Shown here: positions 9,539 to 21,500 of the stretch, in pieces
How the letters are laid out: every line of letters begins with the position of its first letter
Position numbering within the stretch: position 1 is the stretch's first letter
Source: Podarcis melisellensis
Lineage: Eukaryota
Direction: 5' to 3' (one strand)
DNA length: 64,000 nucleotides
Assembly (NCBI GenBank): GCA_964234715.1
Contig: OZ174282.1
Program-made: the position numbers and the translations under genes
The notes under the pieces: model-generated
Told to the model about the DNA's origin: nothing
Databases searched by the model: none
What the model saw: only the letters and a program-made list of their open reading frames with translations

Positions 9539-12500
9539 CTGCAAGAGAATCACATTGTGCTTGTGAGAATGGCAATGGGCTTGGACACCTTCCTCCCCCC
9601 ACTTTGGGTCTTGCATGCCGCATCCAGGTCATGCCCTCAGCACATGAGAACCACAATTGTCAAGCTCTCACTGCTAGATGGTGCTGGCCAACCATCAAAT
9701 ATTATCAGCAAATGTCTGCCTGTGTTGATGTCTCCATTGCCCCTCACCCAGAGCACACCCACTGCCTTCTTGGCTCCAGCCTGCCGCACAACGTTCACCA
9801 AACATGGGTTTATCAGGGGCATGTCCAAAGCTCACTAAAGATGGGGAATCCATGGGGGCAAGTTTCTGCCCTCTCCCCACCCCAAGATATCACAGACTAG
9901 AGAGGCGATGAGATGCTGGTTCAAACCTGACCATGGCAAGAAAGGCTAGTGGGAATGCTAGGAGCCACTACAGTCCTACGAAAGAAGCATGGGAAGGAAA
10001 GTGGGCGCCTCCCTCTTACACACCGTGTGAACTGCTTGCTCTCTTCGTGGACTTCCATTTCAGAGCTCTTGAACTCATTCAGCTCCTTCCGGATGGCAGC
10101 CTAAATGGGGAGAAGTGGGGAGAAGGAGCCCCGTCAGTTCAGATCTGAGCACTTTCATCCCTGACAGGTGCTATCCAATCAGCAGGGTGCCCCAGCTTTG
10201 TATGTCTGCCTTATGTCTATTTCATCCTATCAGAAGCAACCCAGCTTAGCCATTGTGCTGCACTTCCTCTTTGGATGTTCTGACCAGTAGCCAGGATCAA
10301 AGCACAAAAGGAAAGAATCTGTCAGGAGACCAGAAGGGCCCTGGGTGGGGAGTGGGGAAACAGCTGGCAGGAAACACTGGGTTTCTGGCAGCTTCATTAC
10401 TTATGGGGGTTTCAGTATGGTTTATTTACTTACTTATTATTTTGGTTATGTAAGAATGCTTCCCCTGCTTTTCTAATGCATAAGCATCACTTATCACATT
10501 CCAGTATCAAGACAAAACACCCTGCGATATATATATATATATATATACACAAGTGTATATATAGTGTATAACTATACACTATACAAGGAAGCGCAGATAG
10601 AATATTCACTTCCAACAGAACATTGTTGCACAGTTTTCATGCAGCCACCAAGAAGGCACTCACTCTTGCCCAGCAAACAAGCTCCCCTATCAAAGAGCCT
10701 CTTCAACAGATGCAAACACATGGACCTATAAAATAGGTGGCACTTCTTTGTGTAGGTGTATCAGACTGTTATTTATAACAAGCTCTATCAGACTATAATC
10801 AGTGCTTTTGTGGTCATCATGGCATTTGGTTCTCCCTTTGCAATATAGCACAGGAAACCTCACTATGCAGGGGCGGGTGAACCGGATGGTGCTGCAAGAG
10901 GCATGAGACACAGCCGGAAATGGAGGCAACAAGGAGGATGTTCCTCACTGCCCAGAGGATGAGGAACAGAACAAACCCCTTGAAAGTTTGCACATAGGCA
11001 CGGCTCAACTTACAAGATGATGAAGAACATGGTGGTGAAATATGGCACTCTCCCATGTGTATGGCACTTTTGCAGAGCACAAGAGAGCAGGAGGTTCCTT
11101 GAGAAGTTTAAAATCCAGTATCTTATACAGTGGTACCTCGGGATGTGAACAGGATCCGTTCCGGAGCCCTGTTCGCATCCTGAACATAACGTAAGACACG
11201 ACAGCGCGTCTGCGCGTGTTGTGTTTCGCCACTTCCGCGCATGCGCATGGCGTCATTTTGACCGTTTGCGCATGCGCGAGCAGCGAAACCCAGAAGCAAC
11301 GCGCTCAACCTGAAGCATATTTATCCCGAGGCATGACTGTACAGGTGAGCAAATAGAGAACTGCAAACAGACACAGGCAGGGGTGGAACGTGTATTTACT
11401 TCAGATGCACATACCTGAACCTAATTCAACATCCTGCCTTCATAGTGGCCGACCAGATGCCTATGGGAAGCCTGTAAACAGGATCTGAACTCAACTGTAC
11501 TCTCCCCTCTTGCGGTTTTCAGCATCTGGCATTCAGAAGCCTACTGCCTCTTACTGTGGAGCTTTGATGGGAAGTAGGGATGAGGAACCTGTGTCTCTCC
11601 AGATGTTCTTGGACTACAATTCCCATCATGCCTGATCACCAGCCACACTGTCTTGGTCTGATGGGGGCTGGAGTGCAACAACATCTGGAAGTCCAAAGGT
11701 TCACCGGAACAGGAAGGCAGAGCAGAAGGCACAAAACCACAAAACAAATGGGGGTTTCATTACTGCAGGGACGAAAGACTTTGCAGAAAAGGTGGATTTT
11801 GAAGGAAATGACAGGTGATGTCATACGAGTATTATGAAAGGCAGCCCCAGTCCGTAAGGTGCAGATGAAGTTGTTTGAGAAGACAGGAGGCCTTGGACAT
11901 CTGAGGGTGGCAGAGATGCACTGGGACAGGAGTGTGGAGAGACAGGCTGGGCAGAGAGAGCATTTGCCTTTCTCACCTTGTCAGCAGGGGTTAATTTGGT
12001 CCATGGCTTGTCTGCTCGCCTGTCGTAGTCCTGGGCATCTGTTACCTCCACATATTCATTAAACCTCAGGATCTTCCTTGCCTGCAGTTCAGCCACAGTA
12101 GGCCTTTGACTAAGCTAAAAGGCAGAGAGGGAGAGAAATTGTGACTTGCAAGTGAAATCAGGTGGCCTGCTTCACAAGGCTAAAGTAGATCCTGGCACAA
12201 GCACTGCACCAATCCAGTGTCACAAGTCCTAGCATGGCAGCACTGCATATCCAGGTAGTTGCTCCAGTCCAGTGACTTGGAACAGTGTGGGTTGCCTTGG
12301 TGCATCTGTCTGGTGCAAAGCCTCCCAATAGTCAGATATGGAAAGAGGGAGTGTGGTGTATGGACAGGGTGGGTGAGTGGTTTTGTGAAGAGAAAACTCA
12401 CTTACGTCAACAAAACCAAAGATGTCTCTTGCCTTGGTGCAACCTTGCAAAATAAGGATTAACCCAAAACCCATGAGGAGCAAATGTCACCTCCTAGGCA

Positions 12501-15500
12501 TAATCCTGGTGGGCTGACTGGCTTCCACTAGTGCAGCTGGTGCAGAAGGAAATGTGAACAAAGTCATTTGTTAGGGCAACTCAGTATGGTTGGGGGTTTT
12601 CCCTATTTTTATTTATTTATATAGAAATTAGAGACCTGGATAAATTACATCTGGGGCAGGGCTCTCTCCGATCATTTTATGCAGAGAAGGAGAGCTATTG
12701 GGGCATCTCAAAAAGGGGTAGGTTTGAGGTGGTCTGCTTTCTGCTCTTCTACTTCAGAAATATGGGGCAGCCTACTCTGTAGACTCTCAGGCTCCACTGT
12801 GCAGAGGCCACGTGGAAGTTCGTGGAAAGTGGGGTAATGCATGAGGTGCAGGATCCGTGCCACAAGATGACTCTTCACATGCAGGAGAGCAGTGTTTACA
12901 ATATTACATTGGTGGATACTGCGCTGTGCTTTGTATATGTTTGTAAATTAAATAACTTTGTGTTGTTTTCTTTGTTGTTTGTAATGTTTAATGAAACTTT
13001 TTTAATTAAAAAAATATTAATAAAGCAGTACAGAATTCCCAGCAGCCCATGATGCTCCAATACCTTTCTGGTGAGCCTGCGCTTTATTTCCCTTTTTTCA
13101 GCTTGCCGGTCAGCCTCATTTTTTTCTGTGAAAGAGAAAAATGATTGATGATGTCTGAAACTTCTCTTTCCTTCCAACATAGTTTAGCATTAACAAATAA
13201 AATGTTGCAATTATTGATCTATGACTGGTACACACCTGTCAGTCAAGTGCTTCTACAGATTTGGTCTCTTGCATGAAGAAGGTATTAGGAACTTGGTGTG
13301 TATGTGTGCATTTGATACTATATAAAGGTAATATGGGTGCCCATCCACACCCAGCAAGATTCCTTATGACCCTCCATGCAAAAATCTGTTCCCTTGGAAA
13401 CAATTCGACCCACTGATTTTACTTTAGACCACTCATTCCCGGCACGAAACAGTTTATTAAATGACTCTGGATAAATCCAAGCAGAGGAAACCAACTAGAT
13501 TTATGACCTGACAATCCCTCACTAGAATTGTGGAAGAAGAATAGCATTTATCCCTTAGTCCACAGAACGTAGCAGCATGACATTACTGAAATGCTTCTTC
13601 TACACAGGACCTGTCAACTGGTGCAAAACACAGCAGTTTGATTTCCTGCTTGGCCCCACCCCACCCCCCAGGAATCATGTTATTCCCACATCGCTGACAA
13701 TCTAAATTGGCTGCCAATGTATTCCTGGGTCCAGTTTATGGAGAGTTTGGAGTTTGTTTTACATTTAAAGTCCTATGACTTGGGCTCTGCCTTCTCCACA
13801 TGTCCTCCTCCTTAGGTTATCTGGGGAAGACTCACTCGTGTGTGGCATCCCTCTTAGCTCAGGTTGGAAGGCCTTAGCAGGTAGGGCTTTTTCTATGGGG
13901 CTAGAGCCACGGCTGTGGATCTCTCAGCTCAGATGAATTTAAAAACAGATACAGCTAAAAAAACCCACCCACACACCAGTTATAAATATTTTTTTAAAAA
14001 AGCAGGCCGCCATATTAAAACAGCATGGCATATTAAAACAGCACTCTTCCTCCTCTTCCTACACCAAAAGGCAGTTCTACCACCTGCAGTTGCCAAGTGG
14101 GAAGAGCTTGCCCTGTGCGCTATTCATTAATTGAAATCCAGATCACCTACTGCAGCATATGGTCTGCTGGAAATTCAAATAAAACTTTCCATGCAAATCA
14201 CAGGTACGGTAGCAAGAATGCTGCACGGCAGGAATAGCAAGCAACGTTGCAGCAGCACAGTGTTTGGGACAGCAGCCAAGGGACAATGCCTCGGAGCCAG
14301 AGTGCTATAGAAATGATCTGAAGACTCCTTAGAAAATAAGCACATGGAGAAGCTTCTACTTACGTTGAAGTATATTCCTTTGCTCCAATTCCTCTGCTGT
14401 TGGTCTCTGACTTAATCGCCTAATTTAAGAGTAAGCAGGGGCAGAAAGGCAAATCACAATTGCATCCTTTTAGGACAAAAGCACAAAAGAAGACTCTGAC
14501 ACCGACTACAAGAAAACCTGTAGCTTTCCTCATCTTTCTTCGCACTAAGGTAGTTTGCACGTAACCATGGTTTAGCACCATGTGGAGGAGCCCCAATGAG
14601 CCCGAGTGAAGTGTCATGCTCACACACACTGCTCTTTTCCTGTACAGCTCTAGAACAGCAAAGATGGTTATATTTTATTCCTGTTTTACTGTATTTTGTA
14701 TTTCATTGCCTTGTATTTGCATTACTGTGGTTAGTGACTTTTGAGTACCATTCGGTGGAAAAGCAGGATATAAAACACAAGAAATAAATGCATACTTAAA
14801 CAGCAGAATGTCTGAATGGCTTTGATTTCAGGAAGCACAGAAAGTATCCTCCTGCTTCCAGTGCTGGCAGGCCAGATGTGCAAAATCTGCCTAGGACTGC
14901 AGCTGGAGGGGTGGCTGTGTTTAGTACAAATTCAGAGAGGAAAACGGCACCTACCTGGGACATTTCCCACACGATCCCTAACCGAGCCCTATTGTACACT
15001 TCCTTCTGCCTTCCTACCTGATCAGTGTCGTCCCAATCTGCTGGCGGATTTCCTGCCACTCTTCCTTGCTCTTCCGAGGAAACGTGGTGTTCTCTTCTGG
15101 TAGCTCCTGCCTGGGAGCCATGTTGCCCAGTTTCATGGCTAGGGTATCTTTCCTCTTGACTTTGTTGGCTAGTGCAGCTTTGGAAAGAGAGAAAGAAAAG
15201 GAGATCTTGTCACAAAACAAGCAGAGTGGCTGACCCCCAGCCAGCTGTACCCTCACTTTCAGATCGCATTACCATTTTGCTGACAGTCACAGCATGGATA
15301 AGTCACAAAGCGGGAGGAATGTGCCACTGCAGCAAAGGAGCACCTGTCTGCTAATGCAAAGCATGTACAGATATAGGCCTTTTTGATCTTGCACCTCAGG
15401 GCCAAAGTAAATGTGACATAACATTTATGTGTGTTGCTTAAACACACACACACACTGCATTAGCTGCAGGGAGAGGCCCTGATCATTAATGGGGTCACAG

Positions 15501-18500
15501 CAAGTGTGGGGAAGGAGAGGTGCGCTGTTTATTCTAGGTCTTGAAGAGGCTTCCAAAGAAATATATACAGGACTTAAAACAGGAATTAAACCTCAAAAAC
15601 ACTTAACCCCCCTGGATATATATATTTTTAATAGCAGATTTTTTTTAAATAGCAGAGCAGCATTTGTAGATAGAACAGGTGTCTGAAACTCAGCAAGGAC
15701 AGTGGCCTGTCTGACTTCTAGTGGGAGGGAGTTCCACAGAGCTGGGCCCACAGCACCTCTCCTGCTGTGGATGTGAGGTAAACATCCCCCTTGAAGTTAG
15801 TGTTGGCACTGAAGAAGAGGAAAAACACACAACATCAAAGGGGGGTTCCCTGTCCTAAAGAAGGGAAAGGGTTAAATTCTCCCCTGCATTTTAGTAGCCC
15901 TCTCTGGAGTTAGTTTTGTCCAAAAGTGAGAGCCTTACTGTTATGGCTGTCATCGTCTTCATCCTCTTCCTCCTCCTCCTTGTACAGAATAGGTCCCTCG
16001 GAGTCTGAGTCACTTGGACCCTCCTCTTCATCCTGTACTGTCTGGAGGCTGAGCCTGGGAATGACCGTAACAGTGGGAGACTCTCCAATGTAAACATGGG
16101 AATTGGAATGATGCACATCCTCTTGGACACCTTCCTCCTCTTCATCATCGTCTGGACTAACAGAAAGGCACACAATTGTGATTTTTAAAACAAAACACTC
16201 CAGGTCAGCCTTCTACAAGCGTGCAATTGCATGTATTGAGGTTTTATTTTCTTCCCTTGGCCTTGATTCAGTAGAAACTTATGGTTACCCTTCAGGACTC
16301 CTTTCTGACCTCAATACCTGAAGAGCAATTAACCGCCAGTGGCTTCTCCCAACCTGGTGCCCTCCAGATGTTTGGGACTGCAATTGTCATCGGCACCAGC
16401 ATGACCAAGGGTCAGGGCTGATGGAGGGAGGAGGGACAGCAAGCTGCCCACAGCTCTGGCAACCATTTCCCGCTGCAATGACTAGTCAATGTGTATTACA
16501 CAGAACATGCTTTACAGATTTCATACTGCCTGCCAAGCTCTATTTTCAGGGCTCAGAGTGCTGGATATTAAAATCATGCCCCACTTGTGAACACCTTAAT
16601 AATTATACAGTGGTACCTCGGGTTACATACGCTTCAGGTTACAGACTCCACTAACTCAGAAATAGTACCTCGGGTTAAGAACTTTGCTTCAGGATGAGAA
16701 CAGAAATCGCATGCAGCAGCAGGAGGCCCCATTAGCTAAAGTGGTGCTTTGGGTTAAGAACAGTTTCAGGTTAAGAACGGACCTCTGGAACGAATTAAGT
16801 ACTTAACCTGAGATACCACTGTAATTAATTAACTAACTAACTAACTAACTTTGTATAGCGCTCTTCATCCATAGATCCCAGGGTGGTTCACAACATAAAA
16901 TTACAATATAAAAACCACAAAATGCATAATAAAAATGAGAACAGCAACCAATAATCCCCCTCCCACAACATTTTTAAAAGGGCATTGGATGTCAATCAGC
17001 CCAAGGCCTGGTTGAAGAGGCAGAAGTTATCCTTCATGCCACGTAAAACAAACATCCAGAAGCTGCTTAGGACTGAACAGCCCAAGAAAGACTATACCTA
17101 GGCAAGTTAATACAATCTTACCTTGGTTCTCGAATGTCTTGCCACTCATACATTTTGGCTCCTGAACGCCGCAAACCTGGAAGCAAGTGTTCCGGTTTGC
17201 GAATGTTTTTTGGAAGCCGAACGTCCAACATGGCTTTTGCTTAAGTGCAGGAAGCTCCTGCAGCCAACTGGAAGCTGCACCTTGGTTTTCAAATGGTTTC
17301 AGGAGTCGAAAGGACTCCCAGAACGGATTAAGTTCGAGAACCAAGGTACCGCTGTAATAAAATACTGTATTTTTTGCTCTATAAGACTCACTTTTTCCCT
17401 CCTAAAAAGTAAGGGGAAATGTGTGTGCGTCTTATGGAGCGAATGCAGGCTGCGCAGCTATCCCAGAAGCCAGAACAGCAAGAGGGATTGCTGCTTTCAC
17501 TGTGCAGCGATCCCTCTTGCTGTTCTGGCTTCTGAGATTCAGAATATATTTTTTTCTTGTTTTCCTCCTTCAAAAACTAGGTGCGTCTTGTGGTCCGGTG
17601 CGTCTTATAGAGCGAAAAATACGGTAATAATAATACCAAGTTAAGCATTAAGGATTTTGGTGCTCATGCATCACAAAGTTCTTTGTGTGCCTCCCATTTG
17701 TCCTCACCATGGAAGTTCTGCTGGCACCTTCATTACACACCTTTTGGCACCAGGCAAAAACCTTCCTTTTCAACCAAGCCTTTAGCTGATTAATATTCTA
17801 TAGCCTTTTAAACATGCTTGGGAGAGAGGAGTGGGGTTATTGTTTTATTGTTTCTGTTTTAACTATTTATTTGTGCTTTTAACTTGCATATCTATTTTGG
17901 GAACTGCCCTAAGATTTTTTGATGAAGGGCGGTATATAAATCTAATAAATAAAAATAAGTAAATAAGAGTTCAGAAATAATAGACTATTTCAATAAAGTG
18001 TTGGGCATGCAGCAGCCGAGAGACTTGGAGTGGGAAATAAAAGGACAAACGGACTGCACAGAACTCCAGACCAGCAATTTCAAGTGGGACTCACACTTTC
18101 AGCATCTCAATAGTAACCGGCAGTGACTTCGTTCTGCCCAGGGTCCCGTTGTCGTCATAGCAGCCTTCGTTCTCAAAGAGCAGCGAGTGTGCCCTGTGTG
18201 AGCCTTCTGCTGGTGGGGTTGATGGCAGGGGGCTCGTCAGCGCTTGCTGGATGCGGATGTGGAGCGGGAGCGGGGGCAGCCGCGAAGGCATCCGAGGCTC
18301 TCCAAAGCCCTGCTCAGCCATCCTCTTGCCTGCATCTAGCACGGAGAGCCCTTCCTGCAGGGTTTCTGCCCGCAGTTCGGAGGGAAGGGGAGGCTCTGCC
18401 CCAGGGGTGGAGGAAGACGAAGGGACATGGGCGGGTTCTGGAGGAATGTGCGAAGGCAGAGGTGGCGAAGGAGAAGGTGGTGGGTGATGTGGCAGCATGT

Positions 18501-21500
18501 GCGCCGGTATCGAGGAAGGGTAGGACGACCTTTCATTAGGCGACTTGGGAGCAGCAGCCGATTCAAGGGATGAAGGCAAGTTTAATGGGATGCCTCTCTT
18601 GGGAGGCAAAGGCGGAGAAGGCTTAGACAAAGCTGTGCCACTACTGATTGCTTGAGTCAATTCAGCTAGAAGAGAAGAGAGGAACACTTGTTAGGTATGG
18701 TTACAGCAAGCACCCCAGATCACACAAAGGGGACCCAGACCAGGCAAATTCCGGAGAGAGGCAGGACCTTTTCATGCCTTCAGTCCTCACCCCAATGGAA
18801 AACAATTTGCCAGGTACCTACAGGTCATTGGGTGGCGCCGTGGTCTAAACCACTGAGCCTAGGGCTTGCCAATCGGAAGGTCAGTAGCTACCGTTGCTCG
18901 GTCCCAGCTCCTGCCAACCTAGCAGCTCGAAAGCACATCAAAGTGAAAGTAGATAAATAGGCAACGCTCCGGCGGGAAGGTAAATGGCATTTCTGTGTGC
19001 TGCTCTGGTTTCACTAGAAGCAGCTTAGTCATGCTGGCCACATGACCTGGAAAAACTGTCTGAGAACAAACGTCGGCTCCCTCGGCCAGTAAAGCGAGAT
19101 GAGCGCCGCAACCCCAGAGTCATTCACGACTGGACAGGGGTCCTTTACCTTTACCTTTTTACAGTTCATTGGCAGACAAATGGGGCAGCAAGGTCAAATG
19201 GATAATGAACAGAACTGTAAAGTTTTGTTTTTCCTACTCATCCTTTTATTGATGGCTTTTTCCTCTTTTCTTGCCTCATATTTTTAGGTGCTGCTGTTTA
19301 CACACTGTTAATTTACAGGGTTTGGCTGTTAATGTTTCGCTAGCTTAGTTAACCAAGCCATGATTTATTCAATGAGGGTTTCTTAAACTATGGTTTGTTT
19401 GATCAACTGAATGCTGCCCGGTGGCTTAATTACTGTATGTTTAATGCAAACAAACCACAATCTAAAGTCATGTTTTCATTGTTGACTTGCAAACCTTAAG
19501 TTTACTTTAATGATAGCTTGGCACTAGATGCAAAACCACCACCCTTCAGTAACCATGGTTTGTTTGGCCACATGTGGGGTGCCTCTGGCCCTCTGGATGC
19601 TGCTGAACTATAACCCCCATCATGCCTAGTCACTGGCCATGCCTGCTAGAGCTGATGGGAGATGTAGTTCAGAAACATCCAGAGGGCCAAAGGTTTCCCA
19701 CATCTGACCCAGATGCTCACTCAACTATAAAGCCACAAGGGGCAGCTGAAGCTGGAAAACAAAAGAACTTTGGAGATACAGGCTATGGTTTCTTTGATCA
19801 TCTGTGGGGAAGCTCCTGATAAACTTGTGGTTTGTTAAGGAAATCAGGGCCTTCCCCAACTTGGTGCTCTCGAGCTGTTTTGGACTACAGCCCCAGCCAA
19901 AACAGCTAAGCTGCAATGTGACAGTTTTACTCTTAAAAAGTGGGGTGTAAAGGCATTTAATAAATAATAATAACCATTAGATTTAGATCTGTGATCAAAC
20001 CCCTGTTATAATTTTGGGATGTCACTCTCTCAGCCTGAGTTCCTCGACTTACCCCCATCTCAAAAAATTAAGAGAAAGCAACAACCTTGTATAGAAAAAT
20101 GACAGCTTTAGATCACACTCGTACACTGAATACTGGATTTTTACCTATTATTCCACAGCAAGGTAATTTCCAGTCCACAGGCCAATTCTGGCCCACAATG
20201 CTGTTTGCCCCAAACCACATCCACCCGCCCATCAACTGAAGTGCCTTGTTACATCAGCTGATGGGCAGGATGATGGGATGTAATTCGACACTGGATGCGA
20301 GAGCAGGGAACAAGATAATGCAGTCAAGGCTGCAGGATTTAATCCCTGCTCATCACTCATTCATAAATATTCTCTTAGCCCTTTGTTTTCTGCCTCTCCT
20401 GGGGCTTTCTTGATCACATCAAGCTCTATAGCAAAAGCTCAAATTGTGACATGTTCCTCCCTGTGGCAGCCCAAACAGGTTCTAGGGGAAGGACAGACTA
20501 CACCCTACTACTCCTTACCCTCCCCTTTTTACATATGTATTGACTTAACCAGAAGATTTCATACACACCTGATTCACCACATCAATATTCTAACATGGAT
20601 GCCTACATACTTCATATTAACATGGGAAGCTGGGTCACCTCCTTGCTTACTGTGTTGTCTGATGGCTCTGGTTTCTGCTTTTAGTAAAGAGTGTTTTCGT
20701 TCCCTAGGGTTTCATCCACAAGTGTGCCATGTTTATTTCCATGGGATGAGGCAAGTCCTCTTTGTATTATATTATCTGAGTCAGTCGTCCCAAACTTCGT
20801 GCCTTCTAGATGTCGCTAGATTCCCACTCTTTCCGGTCCTGGTCAGCATGACGAATAGGCTGGGGTGTTAGAAGCTGGAGTCTAACAACATCTGGAGAGT
20901 CACATGCTTCAGGAAGCCTGATCAAAACTATACCTACAGACCAATCCATTTCTGTTTCTGAAGTTCTACATGCATCCCCCAACACACACACACACACACA
21001 CCAATCCCAGGTGCTATCTGGCCAAGTCCCTTCTCATCGCTTTATATTTATGCTCTTCACTTCATATGAGATTGTAAGGTAGGGCTCTGCAAGCGATACA
21101 GTATAGAATTTCCTGCTATCATTACCTTGTTTGTCAGAAACAAAAGGCACACTACACCTTACAATGTGAGTACATGTGCGTTCAGAGTAGGATTGTGAAA
21201 TCTACCACACACTCCCACTGCGAATTCTCAGCAGGTGAGCAGGAACAGGTGCAGTCTTGGAAGATCTGTTTACGTTTCACCCCTCCTTCTCCCCACACCC
21301 TCAAACCGCAGGTGTTGCATAGCCCTTCCCTATATACTGCCAGGCTGTGAGTGCTACAGACATTCTTTCCGAAAAGCTTATGGCAACCTGCTCTTGTTGG
21401 TTACATTCCCTTGCCTTTCTTCCTTCATGGCATTCCATTTCTAAACAGCTCAGGTGAGTGGCTTTGTTGATATACCTTTGAACTGTGTTAAGAGACACAT

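Noticed and set aside
17123-17644. Recurrent ORFs here and at 27144-27636, 44609-44962 and 52923-54222 that look like a small gene family
   Set aside because: They are translations of repeated MITE and SINE copies.
18123-18566. Antisense and alternative-frame ORFs over PHACTR4 coding exon 6 (similar ones overlap exons 5 and 7)
   Set aside because: Shadow ORFs of GC-rich, low-complexity coding sequence.
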